The notes under the pieces: model-generated
Seen by the model: only the letters and a program-made list of their open reading frames with translations
Database searches by the model: none
What the model was told of the DNA's origin: nothing
In this document: piece by piece, positions 18,700 to 28,043 of the stretch
Position numbering within the stretch: the first letter of the stretch is position 1
Layout of the letters: each line of letters starts with the position of its first letter
Program-made: the position numbers and the translations under genes
NCBI GenBank assembly: GCA_041586955.1
Contig: JBFGZE010000021.1
Span: 1-34,771 of the forward strand
Length of the DNA stretch: 34,771 nt
Source: Bacteriovoracaceae bacterium
GTDB lineage: Bacteria > Bdellovibrionota > Bacteriovoracia > Bacteriovoracales > Bacteriovoracaceae
Direction of reading: 5' to 3'

Positions 18700-18841
18700 A
18701 AAATCTCCTCGATGCCCGCTATATGGGGCGTTAGGGGGTTCTATTTTAGTGTCAGCGATCTCGGGCCAAGTTTCGAGCGGCAATTTTTTCTCATCATTCT
18801 CAAAATTAATCCGACAAACAATTGTGAACCATGAGATTTAT

Positions 18842-19537
18842 ATGACTAAAACTATCCATTTTTGGATCATTTTTATAACCTTTTGCTGTCCTATTTTTGC
18901 CGGTTACCCCCTGCAAGTGGAGGGCCTCGACCATGGCAATTGTTGGTTGCAAGAAGGTACAAGTGGTCTTAAATACGCGCATTTTGGAAAAAACACCGCC
19001 GGTGAAATCAATAATTTCTCCTTTGAAGGCCCTTGGAATCAAGTCCTCCTTAAATTACAAAAAGCACAGTTTAACGCTCAAGCTATAACCTTTGATAAAC
19101 TCCATTTTTTCTGTAATTCTTTTGGTCAGGAATTAATACTCAACTTTTCGATTCATGAAAAAAAATTTTGTTGGCGTGCCAATATTAGTGACCAGAATCA
19201 ATTAAAAACCTCCTCCCTCTCTCGCAATTATAGTGCTCAAAACGATGCTTGTGACGGTATACAAAATCGAATCATCATTATTGGACACGAAGGGGATCAG
19301 AATTGGCTAATTGAAAAAATTGGACAAAACTTTAGCGGGAAGGTTTCTTCCATAACGCCTTTAGGTGCCAATTTTATTCAACTCAAATTAAGTCAGGTCT
19401 ATCTTTATCGCGAAGATCAAATGGCCGCCGAATTAAAGGCCGACACCTTAATTGGACCTTCTCTTAATAGTTTAGAATTTGATTCTTACCGTTATCCTAT
19501 TGGGGAAACCTATCTTTTAAATATTTTTAATAAATAA
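18842..19537 (+). CDS. Secreted hypothetical protein
   Basis: Likely start ATG 18842 giving the signal-like MTKTIHFWIIFITFCCPIFA; several Cys in the mature part. Confidence 0.7.
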   Translation: MTKTIHFWIIFITFCCPIFAGYPLQVEGLDHGNCWLQEGTSGLKYAHFGKNTAGEINNFSFEGPWNQVLLKLQKAQFNAQAITFDKLHFFCNSFGQELILNFSIHEKKFCWRANISDQNQLKTSSLSRNYSAQNDACDGIQNRIIIIGHEGDQNWLIEKIGQNFSGKVSSITPLGANFIQLKLSQVYLYREDQMAAELKADTLIGPSLNSLEFDSYRYPIGETYLLNIFNK

Positions 19538-19630
19538 TTCTACCAGATTCAAATCAGGGCCTTAAATATCAATGGTCTCTAAAAAGCCAAACGCCCCTTT
19601 CTTGCTTCTTATCAGGAAGGAGGTTCTCTC

Positions 19631-20191
19631 ATGAATAAACATATCAAAACTCTTTTTGGTGAAGGACGCGATACTAAAATTATCAATATTTTTGGTTATG
19701 CCTCGCGTGGTGTCCCAGGTATAGACATTATTGGTATTCCCCATTCTAGAGCGCTAAAAGAAAAATTGATCTATATGACTCGTATTTTGAAAATTAAGAT
19801 GCCCCTCAAAAAATATGTGCTTTGCGCTGATGATCTAATGGCCAGTCGTGATCATCAAACTCTTCATCAATTTGAGCTACCTTTGTTTTTATTATTATTG
19901 GCACTTGCAGAGGTTATTCCCCTACGTCAATTGGACCGAACATTGGCACTTGGACATATTGACTTTGACCTGACTCTCTACTCAAAAGACCTGGATCTGG
20001 TCAATTTTCAAGGCGCACGTCATTTAATTCTTTTCTTGGCCAGGCCTGAACTCGCCCAACATATGAATACCATTAATTTAAAGGAATTATTCCGCGAATA
20101 CCAGCGCTTGGAAGTGAAGTCCGGCCAGTTCAAAGAGAAATTAATAGATCCTGCGGAATGTAAAGTTAATCCTCCCCTCAGAAACCTTTAA
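19631..20191 (+). CDS. Stand-alone ComM/YifB N-terminal-like domain protein without AAA+ domain
   Basis: Strong SD AAGGAGGT; EGRDTKIINIFGYASRGVPGIDIIGI, FELPLFL and LGHIDFD parallel the ComM segments GLPxFxIVGL, FDLPIA and LGELxL. Confidence 0.6.
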   Translation: MNKHIKTLFGEGRDTKIINIFGYASRGVPGIDIIGIPHSRALKEKLIYMTRILKIKMPLKKYVLCADDLMASRDHQTLHQFELPLFLLLLALAEVIPLRQLDRTLALGHIDFDLTLYSKDLDLVNFQGARHLILFLARPELAQHMNTINLKELFREYQRLEVKSGQFKEKLIDPAECKVNPPLRNL

Positions 20192-20782
20192 TTGCTTAGG
20201 TATCCCATGGGTCCATTCCTCTAATACTCGACCATCCATATGTAAAAGGTCTCCATCATCAAGATCGATATGAACCTTTTCACCACTTTTTTTATTTTTA
20301 AAATCAAACCTTCTAGTCGCACCAAGACTTAACGAGGCCAATTGAGGGTTATCCCCTAGTTCTTTTTCATTATCTTGGTGCATTCCCATATAATCACGTC
20401 CGCTGCGATACCAATTACCTAAAACGGCATTAAAAGATAGCTTTAATTGGTCCTCTACTTGCCCTTTAATTTCTAAAAGCTCTGATGGCCAAGGCCCAGC
20501 ACGATGAATTTTACCACTATAACTATATTCCAGTCCTGTATCGCCATAAAAACAAGTAAGCCGAGGTGATGGATGCCACTTGCCAAAAACAAAGAGCTCT
20601 TCAATAGTCCAATCAAGACGCCCCGCAAAACAAGAGTATAGTCCAGGAAGAAATCCCTTAAACAACAAGAGCTCATCATCACCAAGAGGAATTTTATTCA
20701 TAAGAATTCCAAACGTTTTGACAGAGGTAGCGGTTGTTAAGTCTTCATATTGACCATAATTATGGCCTGCTTTCACGTCCAC
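20141..20782 (-). CDS. AlkB-family 2OG-Fe(II) dioxygenase (ALKBH2/3-like); start may be 20701
   Basis: PRLTCFYGD, YSYSG, NWYRSGRD, HQD (HxD), SLSLGATRRF, HGIPK, RINFTFR. Confidence 0.92.
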   Translation of the reverse strand: MDVKAGHNYGQYEDLTTATSVKTFGILMNKIPLGDDELLLFKGFLPGLYSCFAGRLDWTIEELFVFGKWHPSPRLTCFYGDTGLEYSYSGKIHRAGPWPSELLEIKGQVEDQLKLSFNAVLGNWYRSGRDYMGMHQDNEKELGDNPQLASLSLGATRRFDFKNKKSGEKVHIDLDDGDLLHMDGRVLEEWTHGIPKQLKVSEGRINFTFRRIY

Positions 20783-20874
20783 TTAACAACTCTACTATCT
20801 ATATGTTTATGAGCGCATTGATCGCCATCTATCTTTTGCTCATTATTGTGTTAAGTATGCTTATTTCACATTTT

Positions 20875-21711
20875 TTACTTTATTTGATCTTTTAATTTAA
20901 TATAAATAAAAGGTCTTTGCACAATGAAAGTTTCACTTTCATTTTTTTCTAACTCTGCAAAAACTTTCTTAGTGATATTGAGAAAGGATGCCTTTACTTT
21001 ATCAAGTCGCACGATAATAGTTTTTTCGACAGAATTATATTGAGAATGTCCCCATAGACGCACTCCCACATTTAAATCCCCCCTAAAATCAAACTCACCT
21101 TTTAACTTACCTTTTACAATTTTAAACTGACCTTTTTCAAGAATTGTCGTTTGTCCTAAAGTTGTGATTTGTGGAAAAACTCCGGCAAAAAAAGAATGAA
21201 TAAACGCGATCTTGTTCTCTGAAAAAAAGATCTTTTTAAAAATCAATTGAGTATTAGTCAGGCAAGCGTCAAGAAGAGCTTCGTTGGCCGAGAGGAATTT
21301 TCTATTTTTTAGGCAATGACCGCTCAAGGCCTGAATAAAAAGATTTTCTTTTTCACCTTTCAAGTCGAGATGAGCTATCGTCAAATTAAGCTTTTTATTT
21401 TGATCAGTCGTTAATTGGATACCTTGGGCCTTAATGCTTTTTGCCTCTTCAATTTTTGCGGGCAAATCATCCCAAACAAACTCCTCATCAAATGTTTTTA
21501 AATAAAAGCTTCTCCCACGTCGCTCAACTTCAAATTTTTTATTTTCCTGAACAGAAACGTCCTTCTCCCAAACCAGGGAATCAGCGCGGCCATGGCCGAT
21601 AGGATCATTATAATTTAATTCTAATTTTTTAATATCAAAATGAGGCCAGGCCCCTAAAATAGACATGGGTATAAAGGCCCCCATGATGGCCAAAGACATT
21701 GGCAATTTCAT
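20875..21711 (-). CDS. Secreted hypothetical protein
   Basis: 278 aa, N-terminal signal-like segment, SD AGGAG. Confidence 0.75.
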   Translation of the reverse strand: MKLPMSLAIMGAFIPMSILGAWPHFDIKKLELNYNDPIGHGRADSLVWEKDVSVQENKKFEVERRGRSFYLKTFDEEFVWDDLPAKIEEAKSIKAQGIQLTTDQNKKLNLTIAHLDLKGEKENLFIQALSGHCLKNRKFLSANEALLDACLTNTQLIFKKIFFSENKIAFIHSFFAGVFPQITTLGQTTILEKGQFKIVKGKLKGEFDFRGDLNVGVRLWGHSQYNSVEKTIIVRLDKVKASFLNITKKVFAELEKNESETFIVQRPFIYIKLKDQIK

Positions 21712-21791
21712 ACGCCACTCCTATCATTATTTCCCAGGATTAATTCCTTAAAATGATAGTGGCAGAGGGCGATTCGAGGAGCAACGAGAGG

Positions 21792-21830
21792 AAAAAAAGG
21801 CCGGGTCAAAAACCGGCCTTTTTGTTTTTT
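21792..21830. terminator. Bidirectional intrinsic terminator downstream of the L,D-transpeptidase
   Basis: A7-GGCCGG-gtcaaaaa-CCGGCC-T5 hairpin. Confidence 0.85.
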
Positions 21831-21850
21831 ATTTATGCCCTATCAAATGT

Positions 21851-23083
21851 CTATAAAGACGATTTATGGCCCATAAAGCGTCTATAGAGACGATTTTTTT
21901 TCTTACGTGGTTTACATCTTTCATAGAGTAAACCATACCTTTGTGTTAATTGGGCATCAAATTCTAATAACTCAATCCCCCTTTTTGGTCGGTCAAATGA
22001 CTTGGCCCGACAGGCCATTGAGGTATAATTAAATAAATTATGATAATGATCATTAGGGTGATCTTTTAATTGGGAAACGGGCGCTTTCCCTTTTTTAAGC
22101 TGAGCATCAACCAAATAATCGCGGTCAATAGAGTAAAGAGGCATACCAGTCGAGCCATAATTTTTAATGCTACGGTAGCGTCTATTTTTTCGCGGGAAGG
22201 GAGAATCCATTTTATTTTCAATTTCATAACTGATTGTTAAAGGAATTCGGGTAAGAGGGTTATTCGCCACCAAGTAGTAAAGAGCGTATAGATCATCCAA
22301 TTGCATTCTCATACAGCCATGTGAATCAAAGGCACGAATAAAGGTGTCAAGATTAGGCTGAGCATGAAAGCCGATACCATCATAATTGGGCGAACTGCCA
22401 CCATCATTCATCACACGTATAAAGGGCTTTTTCTTAAAATACCTTGGTTTCTTACGGGCGAAAATAACCTCATTCTTTGTTAAAAAGGCCTTTTTATAAC
22501 GAGGAGTAAGGAGGGAGTAGTCTTTATTCATAACAGCTTCATCAAAGCTGCCCACTCCTAGAGGAAAAACAAACTCGATATCATTTTGAGTATCTGTTAA
22601 AACTAGTTTTCTTTGAATAAGTCCAACCTTCCCTTCAAAGCGAGTTCTACGAAGCGGAACGGTCCCCATCGTTTTGAGAGCAATTGCTTTAGTAGCAGGA
22701 GTATAAATCGCCTGTAATTTAATAAATTCAAAAGATCCGTTTAATTGTTTAACAAAGGCGGTCATATTGAGGAAATACTCACTTCCCCGCTGTGCAGGCA
22801 TCTTATTAAAAAAGACATTAAGGACGGCCTCGGCCCCATTAAAGTAATACCTCGGATTAGTGGTCATATCCTCGTGTAGTGAATCTAGTCCCTCAATGAC
22901 TTGAGCGTAACGAACGTCCCCAACGCGAGCACCTATAATTCTATTTTTAAAGTTTTTAGAAACCTTGATGGCCTTAAGGCCCCGAACAGGTTGATTCAAA
23001 TAGGAGATATTAAATGAACTGCCATTTGCTAAAACCTCTGCCATAGCAAGGAATGTTACGATGAATACCAAGAAAACCTTCAT
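21851..23083 (-). CDS. L,D-transpeptidase (YkuD family), secreted
   Basis: VFPLGVG, GIGFH...SHGCMRM catalytic motif; signal peptide from ATG 23083 (SD GAGGT). Confidence 0.85.
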   Translation of the reverse strand: MKVFLVFIVTFLAMAEVLANGSSFNISYLNQPVRGLKAIKVSKNFKNRIIGARVGDVRYAQVIEGLDSLHEDMTTNPRYYFNGAEAVLNVFFNKMPAQRGSEYFLNMTAFVKQLNGSFEFIKLQAIYTPATKAIALKTMGTVPLRRTRFEGKVGLIQRKLVLTDTQNDIEFVFPLGVGSFDEAVMNKDYSLLTPRYKKAFLTKNEVIFARKKPRYFKKKPFIRVMNDGGSSPNYDGIGFHAQPNLDTFIRAFDSHGCMRMQLDDLYALYYLVANNPLTRIPLTISYEIENKMDSPFPRKNRRYRSIKNYGSTGMPLYSIDRDYLVDAQLKKGKAPVSQLKDHPNDHYHNLFNYTSMACRAKSFDRPKRGIELLEFDAQLTQRYGLLYERCKPRKKKNRLYRRFMGHKSSL

Positions 23084-23271
23084 TATTACCTCTCTCAAAA
23101 TTATTTACGACTCCTCATATCGAGTACAATGGAAAATGTCAGGAATACTTACTCAATATGTCAATTTTACGGCCTGTAAAAAAATTGAAAAAAAGTTTCT
23201 CTAGAAAATGAGGCCCAGTAAGGGCATAATGAGGTCAATTATTGAAAAAGAATGAAAAAAGGAACAGCGCA

Positions 23272-23394
23272 ATGAGTCAAGAATTTTTCATTGGAATTAG
23301 CCTAGTGGTCATTTGGGCCTTATTACCGGCTTCAGTGGCCTTGTCTATGACTTGGTTTGATGAAGAGAACCAAAGCGACCCGCACGAGCATTAA
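23272..23394 (+). CDS. 40-aa single-pass membrane microprotein (not in ORF track)
   Basis: MSQEFFIGISLVVIWALLPASVALSMTWFDEENQSDPHEH; SD AAGGA 8 nt upstream; the stop runs into a terminator. Confidence 0.65.
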   Translation: MSQEFFIGISLVVIWALLPASVALSMTWFDEENQSDPHEH

Positions 23395-23424
23395 AAAAGG
23401 GCCATCTGATGGCCCCTTTTTTTT
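23393..23424. terminator. Bidirectional intrinsic terminator between the microprotein and fabI
   Basis: A6-GGGCCA-tctga-TGGCCC-C-T8. Confidence 0.88.
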
Positions 23425-23446
23425 GTATCTTAATTTAGTTGAAACT

Positions 23447-24214
23447 CTACATCCCCATTATTGATATACCACTATCAACGTAAAGAACTTGGCCTGTCAC
23501 ACCATTGGCCAATTCGCCCGCCAAGTAAACGGCCGTACCTGCGACATCTTGTTGATTGATATTTTTACGTAAAGGTGCTTTTTCTTCAATGGTATTAAAA
23601 ATCTGACGTAGGCCTGGAACCCCTGATGCTGCGAGAGTTTTAATTGGACCGGCCGAAATACAATTCACACGAATTCCATCTTGTCCCAGGTCATCTGCTA
23701 AATAACGGGCACTGGCCTCAAGCGCTGCTTTGGCAACACCCATTACATTATAGCCAGCAATCACCTTTTGAGAGCCATGGTAGGTCATCGCCACAACACT
23801 TCCCCCTTCATTCATGAGAGGTTTTAAATGATGGCAAAGGCCAATTAGGGAAAAGGCGGAAATGTCACAGGCCATCTTAAAACCGGCCCGTGAAGTATCG
23901 GCGAAACGGGCCTTAAGGTCATTACGATCAGCAAAGGCCAGCGAATGAATTAAAATATCAAATTTGCCCCATTTTTCTTCGATTGTTTTAACAACTTGCT
24001 CGTAGTGCTCGTCATTAGTGACATCCATTTCAAAAGTAAAATCTGCACCGACTTCTTCGGCCAAAGGTTCAACTCTTTTTTTAAGTGCATCGTTCAGATA
24101 AGATAACGCGACTTGGGCCCCTTGGGCCTTAAAAGCCTGAGCGATGCCCCAAGCTATCGATTTTTCATTGGCGACGCCAAGAATAAGGGCCTTTTTACCT
24201 TCTAAAATTCCCAT
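23447..24214 (-). CDS. fabI: Enoyl-ACP reductase
   Basis: GVANEKSIAWGIA, HSLAFA, YNVMGVAKAALE, ISAGPIKTLAASG. Confidence 0.97.
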   Translation of the reverse strand: MGILEGKKALILGVANEKSIAWGIAQAFKAQGAQVALSYLNDALKKRVEPLAEEVGADFTFEMDVTNDEHYEQVVKTIEEKWGKFDILIHSLAFADRNDLKARFADTSRAGFKMACDISAFSLIGLCHHLKPLMNEGGSVVAMTYHGSQKVIAGYNVMGVAKAALEASARYLADDLGQDGIRVNCISAGPIKTLAASGVPGLRQIFNTIEEKAPLRKNINQQDVAGTAVYLAGELANGVTGQVLYVDSGISIMGM

Positions 24215-24294
24215 TTTTTCCTCACTGTTTTAAATTCAACGGTCAATGGTAGCAAAACTTTACCATAAAACAATAGTAATATGGTTTTCTTGGT

Positions 24295-25014
24295 TTATAC
24301 GGGAGGACTTGGGTCAAAGAGATAACCAATAGAGCGGATACTCTTAAAATAAATAGGCTTTTTAGGATTGGGTTCGAAATATTTCCTTAAGCGCACAATA
24401 AAATTATCCAAAGTGCGAGAGGATGTTTCTTCATGGTAACCCCACCCGGCCAATAATAATTCTTGGCGACTTAGGGCGCGATTGGGATTGGCCTGAAAAA
24501 GCTTAAGTACTTTAATTTCCTGTTGGGTGAGGCGAACCTCTTGACCAAAAGCTTTTGCCTGCGCAAGGTCAAAATTAACGATATGAGGGCCAAAGCGAAA
24601 GGTCGTCGCCTCACTAGACGTGGGAGTCTCAATATTTTTTTTATCCGCACGAAAGAGAAGTCTTTTCACTCGCTGGAGAAACTCGTCTAAATCAAAAGGC
24701 TTGGCCAAATAGTCATCCACTCCCATTTCAAAACAATCAACTTTATCACGACTTTCAGACTTCGCAGATAAAACGAGAATCGGAACTAATTTATCTTTTT
24801 CCCGAATTTGAGAAATGACTCCGTAGCCATCTATTCCCGGCATCATAAGGTCGAGCACAATTAATTCGGGAGAATGAATACGCCATTTTTCAAGGCCATC
24901 CAATCCGTTGGAAGCAATGATCGGTTGATGACCGTTGAGTTTTAAATTCAAGGCCACGCCCTCTGCAATATGACGTTCATCTTCTATAATTAATATGGTT
25001 TTTTTATCTGACAT
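24295..25014 (-). CDS. OmpR/PhoB-family response regulator (start 25014)
   Basis: ILIIEDE, LDLMMP, DDYLAKPF, RTLDNFIVRLRKYFE, RSIGY. Confidence 0.95.
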   Translation of the reverse strand: MSDKKTILIIEDERHIAEGVALNLKLNGHQPIIASNGLDGLEKWRIHSPELIVLDLMMPGIDGYGVISQIREKDKLVPILVLSAKSESRDKVDCFEMGVDDYLAKPFDLDEFLQRVKRLLFRADKKNIETPTSSEATTFRFGPHIVNFDLAQAKAFGQEVRLTQQEIKVLKLFQANPNRALSRQELLLAGWGYHEETSSRTLDNFIVRLRKYFEPNPKKPIYFKSIRSIGYLFDPSPPV

Positions 25015-25957
25015 AAGATCCTTCTCGTTTAAAAGGAAAAGTAACTTCAAAGGTGGCCCCTAGGCCAATTCCCGGACTATGAGCGGTTATTTTGCCCCGG
25101 TGAATTTTGACAATTTGACCGACAATATAGAGGCCAAGGCCACTGCCTTTAATGGTCTGCCCCACCTGGTAGAACTTGCGAAATATTTTATTTAATTCTT
25201 TGCTCGCGATCCCTTGACCATTATCTTTAAAGGAAAGTATTAATTGTTTTTGCTTCACTTTAAGCTCCACTTCAACCTGAGGGTCATCGCTTAAATTATG
25301 ATTGATGGCATTAGTGAGTAGATTCCCACAAAGCATTTCCAATAGATTCACATCATACTTCATAAAGCAGGGATCTTTAGGAATAATTAAATTAATTTTC
25401 GTCCGCTCGAAGAAACCACTATTTTTACGAACCCAGTTTTTAAGAAAATCCCTTACGTCGAGTTCCTCTAAATTGGCCTTGTACTTTTTATCTTCAAATT
25501 TTGCCAGGGATAAGATTTGCTCGACATTATCGGCCAAACGCTCAATATCTCTTCTCATATATTCTAAATACTTCTTCTGCTCAGTTCTTGGAATTTCATA
25601 ACGGTCAAAGGTTTCTAAAAAAAGTTTAAGGCTCGCCAAAGGCGTTTTCAATTCGTGAGTAAAGCCATTAATAAAATTTTGCTGCAGGCGGTATAATTGA
25701 ATCATTTTTTGATAATAAATAAAAATTAAAAGCATGCCCACCAAAATACTCGCGACTAATATAGAAAGGGAGAGAACCATAACCCAGGTTTGGGTGTCCA
25801 TAAATTTGGAGGGTTCTAAGTTACGCTCGAGAAGAAATTTCTGAAAGGCCTCATTGACCGCCAAATAGGAGTCTAAATACAAATAAAGGGATGATCCTAA
25901 TGCCAATAAAGAAAAAATGAATATGGCCAAAGGCCTGGTGAAAACGCGAAGACCCAT
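25004..25957 (-). CDS. Sensor histidine kinase
   Basis: Two TM segments, FTHELKTPLAS, NLLTNA, DNGQGI, GSGLGL; SD GGGAGG. Confidence 0.95.
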   Translation of the reverse strand: MGLRVFTRPLAIFIFSLLALGSSLYLYLDSYLAVNEAFQKFLLERNLEPSKFMDTQTWVMVLSLSILVASILVGMLLIFIYYQKMIQLYRLQQNFINGFTHELKTPLASLKLFLETFDRYEIPRTEQKKYLEYMRRDIERLADNVEQILSLAKFEDKKYKANLEELDVRDFLKNWVRKNSGFFERTKINLIIPKDPCFMKYDVNLLEMLCGNLLTNAINHNLSDDPQVEVELKVKQKQLILSFKDNGQGIASKELNKIFRKFYQVGQTIKGSGLGLYIVGQIVKIHRGKITAHSPGIGLGATFEVTFPFKREGSYVR

Positions 25958-25974
25958 TGCTTCCTCCCTATTAT

Positions 25975-25983
25975 TGGTATACT
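25975..25983 (+). promoter_or_regulatory. Extended -10 promoter for deoC
   Basis: TG-G-TATACT about 35 nt upstream of the deoC ATG. Confidence 0.45.
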
Positions 25984-26017
25984 TGTTTTAGAGCATTTAG
26001 AAAACTAGGAGTTTAAA

Positions 26018-26680
26018 ATGATATCGCCCCTTAATTTGGCCCAATATATTGACCATACCCTTCTTAAACCTGAAGCAAAGTTAAGTGATTTCAAATTATT
26101 GTGTGACGAGGCAAAGCGTTATGAATTCCGGACCGTTTGTATTCCTCTGGCCTATGTTGCCTTTTGCGCCAGTGAATTAATGAATCATCCAACCGAAATT
26201 TGCACTGTCATCGGATTTCCCCTAGGAAATAATCCACTCTCCATTAAGCTCGGAGAACTCAAGTTTGCCCTCGCCCATGGAGCAGATGAAATCGATACTG
26301 TCATGAATATTGGCCATCTTAAAGAAGGAAAGAATGATGCGATTTTAGATGAGCTTAAAACGATGGTTGACCTTTGTGGAGACAAACCACTTAAGGTCAT
26401 TATTGAAACGGCACTTTTAACGCCCGAGGAGATTCAAATGGCCTGCCGTTTAATTCAGTTAAGTAAGGCGGCCTTTGTCAAAACATCCACCGGCTTTTCC
26501 CACCGTGGCGCTAGCTTAGAAGATATTTCGACGATTAAGAAATCCATCTTTCCACCACTTTTAATCAAAGCAAGTGGGGGTATTAAAACACTTGGTCATG
26601 CCCAAGATATGATTGAAGCAGGAGCTGATCGCCTAGGAACAAGCTCTAGTGTGACAATTATTCACGAATTAGAAGTGTAA
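26018..26680 (+). CDS. deoC: Deoxyribose-phosphate aldolase
   Basis: IDHTLLKP, TVIGFPLG, GADEID, LKVIIET, FVKTSTGF, IKASGGI, RLGTSS. Confidence 0.97.
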   Translation: MISPLNLAQYIDHTLLKPEAKLSDFKLLCDEAKRYEFRTVCIPLAYVAFCASELMNHPTEICTVIGFPLGNNPLSIKLGELKFALAHGADEIDTVMNIGHLKEGKNDAILDELKTMVDLCGDKPLKVIIETALLTPEEIQMACRLIQLSKAAFVKTSTGFSHRGASLEDISTIKKSIFPPLLIKASGGIKTLGHAQDMIEAGADRLGTSSSVTIIHELEV

Positions 26681-26728
26681 ATGACAAGAAAGTAAAACGG
26701 TTAATATAGATTTTAAATAAATTGTAAA

Positions 26729-26757
26729 TTGACTTCGATAGGGATAAAGACTAAGAT
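26729..26757 (+). promoter_or_regulatory. Sigma70-type promoter for the ercA-like operon
   Basis: TTGACT-N17-TAAGAT with an AT-rich upstream tract. Confidence 0.6.
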
Positions 26758-26891
26758 TCGCCTAGAAATCGCTGCTCCGCTGCAAGCTAATAAAGAGAGT
26801 TTGTCCCCTATTCGCTCTGAATTAACAACTCTCATTGGATCTCTACAAAAAATTCTAATCGGCCAACTCTAACCTAAAAGGGGAGTTATTC

Positions 26892-28043
26892 GTGGATGAA
26901 CTGAGAAAATTTGTGGCCCCAGAAATCGTCTTTGGGGTTGGAGCAATTGATCTTGCCAGTCAATATGCCAGAAACTTCTCCGGTAAAAAAATACTCGTTG
27001 TCAGTGACCCAGGCGTGATAAAGGCAGGCTGGGCAAAGAGAGTCACCAATGGCCTTGAGGCCAAGGATCTCGATTACGTCGTTTTTTCTCACATTTCTCC
27101 AAACCCTCGCGCCCAGGAGGTCATGCTAGGAGTCGAAATTTACGAGGCCGAGAAGTGCGATATCATCATTGCAATTGGTGGCGGCAGCACCATGGACTGC
27201 GCGAAGGGAATTGGTATATCAAGTCATAATAAATGCCATATTCTCGCTTTAGAGGGAGTGGATAAGATTACGATACCAGGGCCGCCTCTTATCTGTATCC
27301 CAACCACTGCGGGAAGCTCTTCCGATGTCTCCCAATTTACAATCATTAACAATACCGAGGAGCGGACAAAAATTACTATCGTATCAAAGATGGCAGTCCC
27401 CGATGTCTCCTTAATAGACCCCCAAACATCATTGACGATGGATCCTTACCTCACCGTCTGCACTGCCATCGATGCGCTATCGCATGCAATCGAGGCCTAT
27501 CTCTCGACAGCGAATTCGCCACTGACTGACCTCCACGCTCTCCAAGCAATTCCTCTTATTAAAGATAACCTTTTAAAAGTTTTAGCGGAGCCTAATAACC
27601 TCACCTATCGCACCAATATGGTGCTAGCGAGTATAGAAGCCGGTCTGGCCTTCTCCAATGCCAGCTTAGGTGCAATTCATGCCATGTCCCATAGCGCTGG
27701 TGGTTATCTTGATCTGGCCCATGGCGAATGCAATGCCATTTTATTGGAGCACGTTATTTCTTATAATTATCCCGACGCGCAAGACCGCTATCGAGATATT
27801 GGAATGGCCTTAGGACTCGATATGAACCAATGGCGGAATAGAAATGCAGGTAAGGCCATTTTGACCGCCATAGGTTCACTTAAAAAGGAAGCTGGCATGA
27901 CTCATACCCTGGGAAACCGTGGGGCAACTAAAAGCGATATTCCCCATCTCGCTAAATTTGCCATGCGTGACCCTTGCCTTATTACTAACCCTAGACTCAC
28001 CAATCAACGGGATATTGAATTGATTTATGAAGAATCACTCTGA
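26892..28043 (+). CDS. ercA: Iron-containing alcohol dehydrogenase-like protein, ErcA-type
   Basis: N-terminal LRKFVAPEIVFG typical of ErcA-like proteins; GGGS, PTTAGSSSDVSQF, metal ligands DALSH, HAMSH and HGECN; overlaps the downstream kinase. Confidence 0.8.
   Translation: MDELRKFVAPEIVFGVGAIDLASQYARNFSGKKILVVSDPGVIKAGWAKRVTNGLEAKDLDYVVFSHISPNPRAQEVMLGVEIYEAEKCDIIIAIGGGSTMDCAKGIGISSHNKCHILALEGVDKITIPGPPLICIPTTAGSSSDVSQFTIINNTEERTKITIVSKMAVPDVSLIDPQTSLTMDPYLTVCTAIDALSHAIEAYLSTANSPLTDLHALQAIPLIKDNLLKVLAEPNNLTYRTNMVLASIEAGLAFSNASLGAIHAMSHSAGGYLDLAHGECNAILLEHVISYNYPDAQDRYRDIGMALGLDMNQWRNRNAGKAILTAIGSLKKEAGMTHTLGNRGATKSDIPHLAKFAMRDPCLITNPRLTNQRDIELIYEESL

Noticed and set aside
18700..18841. 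Apparent head-to-head overlap of ORFs 17422-18783 and 18749-19537
   Set aside because: The better-supported starts at 18699 and 18842 give signal peptides and remove the overlap.
26736..26814. Long stem CGATAGGGATAAA / TTTGTCCCCTATTCG
   Set aside because: The 5' arm lies in the promoter spacer upstream of the predicted TSS; it could form only in deoC read-through RNA.
26729..26872. 47-codon TTG ORF upstream of the ercA-like gene
   Set aside because: It has no SD, and its TTG is the -35 hexamer of a well-spaced promoter, so it would not be fully transcribed.
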